Origin: Amoebophrya sp. A120
Taxonomy: Eukaryota; Protista; Dinoflagellata
Direction of reading: 5' to 3'
NCBI GenBank assembly: GCA_905178155.1
Contig: CAJINV010000004.1
Coordinates: 9,205,159-9,269,158 of the forward strand
Length of the DNA: 64,000 bases
The position numbers were made by a program, and so were the translations under genes. Shown here piece by piece: positions 63,673 to 64,000 of this stretch (its first letter is position 1; every line of letters begins with the position of its first letter). A model generated the notes under the pieces. That model did no database searches and was not told the DNA's origin. It worked only from the letters and a program-made list of their open reading frames with translations.

Positions 63673-64000
63673 TAATGGCTCCAAATGAACTAGAAAATTT
63701 CTATCCCCTAATTTTTGAAGTATCTATAATCTGCTAGAGTTAGAAGAAGAGAACTCCCCCTTGTAGTTGTACGTACTTTAGCCCTAACGTATTTGAAAAA
63801 GAGAAAGTGACGCTGTGAGACCTAGAAATCAATGGACTCCGCTCGGGCAGGGTCGTTTAAGGTTTCCCGGGAAACCTTCGGTTTAGCTCGTGCCAAAGTG
63901 TGTTGCAATGCAACCGAAAACGCGGCGCGCGCATGGACTCCGCTGCTGTTTGTGTGCACAACCGCGCCGCGTCTGTGTTGGCGTCTCGTGTGCCCAAATC

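Overview
This is eukaryotic, alveolate-like genomic DNA. It carries about 11 protein-coding genes, all on the + strand, and an N gap at 9507-9980. Recognisable products are a giant cathepsin C/DPAP, NADP-glutamate dehydrogenase, NIP7, a dual-specificity phosphatase, a PPEF/RdgC-like PPP phosphatase, a PLAT-domain protein and a large acidic EF-hand protein; the rest are hypotheticals. The dominant feature is 46 complete and 2 partial short elements (about 145-380 bp unless enlarged by nested inserts) with terminal inverted repeats, from about 10 families. Almost all begin and end with TA, and 44 are flanked by a 5-bp direct repeat (37 perfect, 7 with one mismatch). I found them only inside coding sequence, in both orientations. 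Removing an element plus one copy of its repeat restores the reading frame at all 44 junctions read by hand, including inside conserved catalytic motifs. They behave as non-GT-AG, transposon-derived introns and coexist with ordinary GT-AG introns. This matches my recollection of the introner elements reported for the parasitic dinoflagellate Amoebophrya; the organism is inferred, not verified. Further observations are a motif shared across families, a frame-neutral route to GT-AG conversion, and nested insertions. Coordinates were counted by hand and may be off by 1-2 bp.
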